DNA of 32,000 nt from Promethearchaeota archaeon. Its GTDB lineage: Archaea; Asgardarchaeota; Lokiarchaeia; Sigyniarchaeales; Promethearchaeaceae. The DNA lies in assembly GCA_016933055.1 (NCBI GenBank), contig JAFGBS010000022.1, forward strand, positions 1 to 32,000, read 5' to 3'. A program made the translations under genes and the position numbers. A model generated the notes under the pieces. The model saw nothing but the letters and a program-made list of their open reading frames with translations, did not search any database and was not told the DNA's origin. This document shows, piece after piece, positions 26,994 to 32,000 of the stretch; the stretch's first letter is position 1; the number at the start of each line of letters is the position of its first letter.

Positions 26994-27992
26994 ATGAGAT
27001 CTTATAGATTCGATATATTGCAACAATTACGTACCTCAAAGGAACCATCCATTCGGTACCAAATCCTTAGGTTTATTGACGGTAAAGATCCACACCGTAG
27101 TGAAATGCAATTCGTACAAGATGAAATTAAAAGATCCGATAGGATTCAAAAACTCCTTGCGGATGTGGACATAGTACATCCTTATTCTAAATGGCAAGGA
27201 GCACATTGGGTTTTAAGTTTACTTGCAGAACTTCATTATCCCAAGGGTGATGAAGATCTGTTTTCATTACGTAATGAGGTCTATAAGTGGTTGTTTTCTG
27301 AAAAGCATCTTAAAAGTATCAAAACGATCGAAGGTAAGGTACGCAGATGTGCATCCCAGGAGGGCAATGCCATCTATTATTCACAAGTTTTGGGATTAAT
27401 GGATGAACGTACAGATGAGTTAATAGATCGATTGCTAGCTTTTCAATGGGGGGATGGAGGATGGAATTGTGATAAGAATCCCAAAGCATACAATTCTTCT
27501 TACCATGAGAGTTTGATTCCGTTTCGAGCTCTTATACGTTATTTGCACGATAAGCAATCCCAAATATCAACATCTCGCAAAACTACAATTGAAAATGCAA
27601 TATATAATGCAAAAGAGGTCTTCTTAAAGCGTGAATTATATTTATCCTTAGATAGAGGTACTATAATCAACCCAAATTTCATTTTATTGCATTTTCCGTA
27701 TTACTGGCGATACAATATCATGTTTGCATTAAAAGTGATGCATGAAGGAGGATTTATATCCGATCCTCGATGCGATAAAGCACTTGATTTACTTGAGTTA
27801 AAAGAACTACCATCGGGCGGATTTCCCGCGGAAAAACGCTATTATTACAGCAGAACTGCGAAAAGTGGGCGTACAGCAGTCAATTGGGGGGGTGTAAATA
27901 AATATAAAATGAATGAATGGGTAAGCTCCGAAGCATATTACATATTATCTGGTTGTGGTCGATTAAATAAACAAGAAAAGGCAAAAGACTAA
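26994..27992 (+). CDS. Prenyltransferase/squalene-oxidase-repeat (alpha/alpha toroid) protein, function unknown
   Basis: QW-like repeats FQWGDGGWNC and ELPSGGFP, plus FPYYWRYN..AL. Confidence 0.75.
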   Translation: MRSYRFDILQQLRTSKEPSIRYQILRFIDGKDPHRSEMQFVQDEIKRSDRIQKLLADVDIVHPYSKWQGAHWVLSLLAELHYPKGDEDLFSLRNEVYKWLFSEKHLKSIKTIEGKVRRCASQEGNAIYYSQVLGLMDERTDELIDRLLAFQWGDGGWNCDKNPKAYNSSYHESLIPFRALIRYLHDKQSQISTSRKTTIENAIYNAKEVFLKRELYLSLDRGTIINPNFILLHFPYYWRYNIMFALKVMHEGGFISDPRCDKALDLLELKELPSGGFPAEKRYYYSRTAKSGRTAVNWGGVNKYKMNEWVSSEAYYILSGCGRLNKQEKAKD

Positions 27993-28045
27993 TTTGTCAC
28001 GGAGTCTTATTTTGTGGAGATGTATTCGGATGGATGAAGGAGTGG

Positions 28046-28741
28046 TCAACTATAAAGTGAATTTCTAAATATTAGGCAGTAGGAATGATCATAGCCATAT
28101 CCGTATGCTCCCTCTTCCCCATTCCGTAAAGGATCGCTACTCCATCCGACAATAATCTCCCCTAAGAAATGATGAGATTTTGCGATTTCATATCCGATAT
28201 CCCACGCCAACGTAGTCACACTTTGGGTTTCCCGGTTTTTCATATTACCTACTTCTACAACTATATACCCATTAGGTTTCACTACTTTCTGTAAGTCATA
28301 AAAAATATATCGAATACCTTTTAAATAATCAGAATAGGTTCCCTTTGCTTCATAGGCGGTTAATGGAGCATCCAGATCTTCTTTACGGGTAAATGGTGGG
28401 GATGTGAACACAAAATCAATTGGAGGAAAGTTATATTGTAAAATTTGCCGTGAATCCCCATTGACGATATTATTCACATAAGATTCATTGATATGTTCTT
28501 TTACATATTGCCATTTTATGGGATCATATTCCACTCCGTATGGAATTCTTCCCATTTCTTCACTCACAAATAAAGTGGTTCCAAAACCCGCAAAAATATC
28601 CAAAACAGAGTTTCCTGGGTGAGTGTATTTTTGGATAAAAAATTCAACTTCAGCTTCGGGCATTCGTATTTCTTCTTGAGAAGAAAAATGTGAGGGCAAT
28701 TTTCTTCGAAAAGTGTTTTCAAGTAACGTAAACGTTTTCAT
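28046..28741 (-). CDS. Orphan SAM-dependent amino-methyltransferase (N4/N6 DNA methylase or Trm11-like)
   Basis: Motif I LDIFAGFGTT before motif IV FTSPPF. No adjacent nuclease. Confidence 0.85.
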   Translation of the reverse strand: MKTFTLLENTFRRKLPSHFSSQEEIRMPEAEVEFFIQKYTHPGNSVLDIFAGFGTTLFVSEEMGRIPYGVEYDPIKWQYVKEHINESYVNNIVNGDSRQILQYNFPPIDFVFTSPPFTRKEDLDAPLTAYEAKGTYSDYLKGIRYIFYDLQKVVKPNGYIVVEVGNMKNRETQSVTTLAWDIGYEIAKSHHFLGEIIVGWSSDPLRNGEEGAYGYGYDHSYCLIFRNSLYS

Positions 28742-28896
28742 TATATAGCTGTAAAATATCGGAGTATTTTTATCTATCCATTTTAGAGGTTTGCATAAGT
28801 TTTAATACTATGTTTCTGCTCAAGATAATCGAATTGGTCAACCTTCTTGGAGGGAATAATCTGAAGCGAAAATAAAAATAAAAAACAAATATAATC

Positions 28897-29061
28897 CTAC
28901 TGAGTGTGTGAATGACGAAATTCTATATTTGCGGCTTGCAAATTGCTTAATGCCCATCCTGTAACTTCATTTAAGCTCGGGTGTATCACTTGACTATGGT
29001 AAATCGGCATAAAGGATCCCGCTTCTGGACATGCACGTAATTCTTTGGTCAGGAATTTCAT
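28897..29061 (-). pseudogene. Possible relic of a pyridine-nucleotide disulfide oxidoreductase C-terminus
   Basis: Hand translation ...GSFMPIYHSQVIHPSLNEVTGWA... resembles the terminal HPxLxE motif. No upstream domains in frame. Confidence 0.4.
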
Positions 29062-29225
29062 GTGTTTATCGTCTTTCGGTATAATTTAGTGATGAAGGAT
29101 CAAGTATTGAAAATTTGGCTGTTTCATTCACTCCATTTCTATTCTATACTTGTATTTTGCTTGCTTTTAACTCAATATTATAGAGATACAATTTTATTTT
29201 TATTCTCTGGTAGTTATCTAATAGT

Positions 29226-29699
29226 ATGCAAGCACCTACCCATATGCTCACGGGAGTTTTTTTGTTAGTTCTTTTCCAAGCGATCTTTCCCAATGCTCCT
29301 ATTTGGATTCAAGTTCTTGTTATATTTCCACTAAGTTTTGCTAGTCATTTTCTGATTGATGCTTCTGCGATAATTACCTATCATCCCCCCAAATCAGATT
29401 GGAAAGATCCATTTTGGGTATCCTATCATTTAGTCATTTATATTCTAACGATTGTAGTAGCAATATATTTCTGGAGAGCGTATTGGTGGACTATGATTGC
29501 GGCAACTCTAGTGGATATAGTAGATTGGATATTCCTTCGAGCAATTTTCAAGAAAAAAGCAATTTTACATCCGATTGCGGATAAATTGAGGAACTTTCTT
29601 TACAAAAAAACACCTAATTGGAATTACAAGCGCTGGACGGTAATTTTCGAATTTATAATTATGGGGATTTTGTTAACATTGATTTTGATATTAAGATAA
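29226..29699 (+). CDS. Membrane protein, putative metal-binding hydrolase-like
   Basis: H near the N-terminus, SHFLIDA, YH and VDIVD in a multi-TM scaffold. Confidence 0.7.
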   Translation: MQAPTHMLTGVFLLVLFQAIFPNAPIWIQVLVIFPLSFASHFLIDASAIITYHPPKSDWKDPFWVSYHLVIYILTIVVAIYFWRAYWWTMIAATLVDIVDWIFLRAIFKKKAILHPIADKLRNFLYKKTPNWNYKRWTVIFEFIIMGILLTLILILR

Positions 29700-29708
29700 A
29701 ATCCCAGT

Positions 29709-30110
29709 TTAAGAGGGATTAATCAGATTTATGACAGTTAAAATAGATAAAATTGAGGACACTGAAAAAATGCTTATGAAAAATCCAACAAAAATCCATA
29801 TCTTTCGTTGGGCGTAGTATCCTGATGAATTTGTCACAGCATATATGCAAATACCACTACTTATTAAGAACAGATATTTTCCCCAGATAAATCCTAATAA
29901 AATTAGTATTCCACTCAAAATGGCAACTAATCCCATGCCAATTTCTGCACAAATGTGAAAATAAATGGTAATTGGTTCTGATTTTAATTCTGGGATCTTC
30001 TTCTTTATGATTAACATAATCCACAGACTTATTATCGCAATATCGATGATCAATGAGTAAATTGCTGATATATATTCAAGAATTGAGTTTATATTCTCTT
30101 TTTACTCCAT
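29709..30110 (-). pseudogene. Small membrane protein gene with an in-frame stop at codon 3 (or a non-ATG start)
   Basis: In frame: ATG GAG TAA AAA GAG AAT ATA ... then ISAIYSLIIDIAII... continuing into the tracked 114-aa ORF (PELKSEP..FHICAE). Confidence 0.5.
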
Positions 30111-30140
30111 CTATTAGAATTGAATAACATAGAAGATAAG

Positions 30141-30162
30141 AAAATGATTTATCAATCATTTT
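30141..30162. promoter_or_regulatory. Palindrome AAAATGATT-tatc-AATCATTTT (candidate operator)
   Basis: Perfect 9-bp arms, ~30 bp upstream of the ATG at 30110. Confidence 0.35.
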
Positions 30163-30331
30163 GTTTTCTAACTTAAAATAGTCCTTCTCGAGATATTACG
30201 AGTGTTCCCATCAAAGTGATCATTAATTGTAGCCATTACGGAAGCAGAGACGGATGAAGAATGATGAAGTTACAAAGCTGGAGAGAAAAAAAAGATGGAT
30301 AGGAATTATCGGTAAAGAATAGAAAAAATAG

Positions 30332-31723
30332 TTATCTTGACACGAATAATATCGGTTCTACTTCGCGTAAGTTGCCCTGTAGATTAAGAGGATCCTTTTT
30401 CATAGGCTTCTTACCAAATTTAAACAACACTAAAAATACAAATTCGACGGAAGTATACCCTTTTAACAAACAAATTAGTCGAATAATGCCTTCCCACATT
30501 AAAACTACGAGACCCACCATTATTAATGTCCATCCCAGAGATGTTTGATAAATATTTCGATAATCCACAGCAGGATAAATTATAGTGAAGATGCCTCGAG
30601 GAATTATTTCGAAGATATTGAACACAAAAATGGTTAACGCAAAAACCCCCCATCTTCGAATCCAACGAGATAATCTGAGCATTAAGCTTTGTCGATTTTC
30701 TCTTAATAATTTATGATTAAATTCATACATCCTCAGAGCAATTGAGATGATCATCATTTGCAATCCAATACTAAATAATACAAAACCAGTTGGATGAACA
30801 TGAAATCCCAGATCAATATTCCCTAAATTGAACGTTCCAGTACCGAAATCATATAATTTCATATCTAAAAGTGCCCAATAGGCAAATCCTCCCAGCGTGA
30901 GAACCACTCCTACTAAGGAAGTATAGAGTAACATCTTTTTAGATGGATTTGGTTGACTTAACAATAAACCAAAAATACACCCAATCAGGAAATATCCATA
31001 GTTTGGGAATATGGGGAATTCTCTTCCTGCAAGGCTATTTAATAGCCATCTGTTGTAATATCCATTGTTTGTGTCAAGCCCTGAGATAACATAGGCTTCT
31101 GTTTCTTGCAAATTCACACCAGCATAGTTAGAAACCCAATTTTGAACTATAGGTGCAACGAATATAAAAACAGCTGCAAAAATTGCCAGAATACCCACTT
31201 TTATAAGGATTTGGAGTTTCTCTCTTTTTAAAAGAGTGAATAACGTAAATATGATAGCGGTTATTACTATAGAGAAACCTATATTACTCAATGTTTCCGC
31301 ACGATAAATAAACGTCCACTTATCCCAAGACCAAGTTCCATCGGCGAAAAATCCCCCAGTTCTAAACCAATCTGCAGTTATACCCCAAGGACTAAGTAAA
31401 GGTTCGCGTAAAAATCCAAATACATATAGTGCTATTCCAAATATCAATTGTTTTAAAAATATTTTCACCAATTTTTGTCCATTTTCATGCATCCTACTCA
31501 TTGTGAACCAATGCACGGTTGCACTAATCATCAGAAAAAGACTTTGCCAGTGAATAAAAATACTAATAAATACTACCAAAATCAACTTCCCAAGCCCTAA
31601 ACTGAAAGGATCTGATACCGCAACTGGCACTAAATCACTTACATTTAAAAATACGTGGAAAATGACCATCAAAAGTATGGCCCAACCACGGAGAATGTCC
31701 ATAGAAATTAAGCGTTTTGCCAT
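30332..31723 (-). CDS. DUF1624/HGSNAT-like multi-pass membrane acyltransferase
   Basis: RLISMDILRGWAILLMVIFH, FPIFPNYGYFLIG and WGVFALTIF. Confidence 0.85.
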   Translation of the reverse strand: MAKRLISMDILRGWAILLMVIFHVFLNVSDLVPVAVSDPFSLGLGKLILVVFISIFIHWQSLFLMISATVHWFTMSRMHENGQKLVKIFLKQLIFGIALYVFGFLREPLLSPWGITADWFRTGGFFADGTWSWDKWTFIYRAETLSNIGFSIVITAIIFTLFTLLKREKLQILIKVGILAIFAAVFIFVAPIVQNWVSNYAGVNLQETEAYVISGLDTNNGYYNRWLLNSLAGREFPIFPNYGYFLIGCIFGLLLSQPNPSKKMLLYTSLVGVVLTLGGFAYWALLDMKLYDFGTGTFNLGNIDLGFHVHPTGFVLFSIGLQMMIISIALRMYEFNHKLLRENRQSLMLRLSRWIRRWGVFALTIFVFNIFEIIPRGIFTIIYPAVDYRNIYQTSLGWTLIMVGLVVLMWEGIIRLICLLKGYTSVEFVFLVLFKFGKKPMKKDPLNLQGNLREVEPILFVSR

Positions 31724-31810
31724 ATAGCATAATTACTTATTACAGTATTTAAGAATGTTGATCAATCCTATTCTGACTCATTAGATATAACTAATTGCAG
31801 GATGGGAATT

Positions 31811-32000
31811 TTATGGGATTGACAACAACAAAATCGGCTCCACTTCATAGAGAATTTGCCTTGAATTAAGAGGATCATTGAAATTTGGTTTTTTATTAAA
31901 CAATAAACACATGAACATACGAAGAAACCACTCTAAACTCCCATAAAATCTGGCAAATTCCCATAACCGAATGATAACTGACCAAAACGCTAATGTGAAA
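31811..32000 (-). CDS. 3' end of a tandem paralog of the DUF1624-like gene (partial, runs off the window)
   Basis: Hand translation ...FWSVIIRLWEFARFYGSLEW...KKPNFNDPLNSRQILYEVEPILLLSIP* aligns with the neighbour's ...WEGIIRL...SVEF...KKPMKKDPLNLQGNLREVEPILFVSR*. Confidence 0.8.
   Translation of the reverse strand, partial: FTLAFWSVIIRLWEFARFYGSLEWFLRMFMCLLFNKKPNFNDPLNSRQILYEVEPILLLSIP

Noticed and set aside
26994-27992. Squalene-hopene or oxidosqualene cyclase
   Set aside because: Half the expected length and lacking the DxDD/DCTAE catalytic motif.
9184-28741. Nuclease (9184-11730) and methyltransferase (28046-28741) as one restriction-modification system
   Set aside because: They are 16 kb apart with unrelated genes between, and nothing links them.
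30102-30104. Genome-wide TAA recoding
   Set aside because: Many intact genes in the window end at TAA as expected. A single in-frame TAA is better explained by mutation or error.

Overview
AT-rich archaeal window, most likely from an Asgard archaeon (Lokiarchaeia/Promethearchaeota). This is inferred from a Loki-CTERM-type anchor, an SDS22-like LRR protein, a membrane-tethered double-wHTH regulator and archaeal promoter style; no rRNA or marker gene is present to confirm it. Bases ~1-3870 form a GC-richer, palindrome-dense island that looks like the replication module of a plasmid or provirus. It is a minus-strand run of wHTH, small coiled-coil, stand-alone Zn-ribbon and Prim-Pol/D5-SF3 primase-helicase genes, two of them below the ORF-track cutoff. 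A candidate origin lies downstream and a 15-bp inverted-repeat-bounded segment upstream. No integrase is in view. Next come a MenA1/MenT1-like nucleotidyltransferase toxin-antitoxin pair and ~28 kb of unrelated accessory genes (SDR, large PD-(D/E)xK nuclease-domain protein, CopD-like/PadR, PAS, AbrB, TauE, two Zn-ribbon-TM2 proteins, LRR, condensation-domain acyltransferase, ArsR, M28 peptidase, surface glycoprotein, orphan methyltransferase, DUF1624-like paralogs), plus several gene relics. The most unexplained signal is a ~280-330 nt non-coding element present twice in direct orientation on both sides of the M28 peptidase gene. Its copies show one compensatory base-pair change and several G-U-consistent changes, suggesting a structured RNA or non-autonomous mobile element. 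I saw no tRNA, rRNA or CRISPR array.
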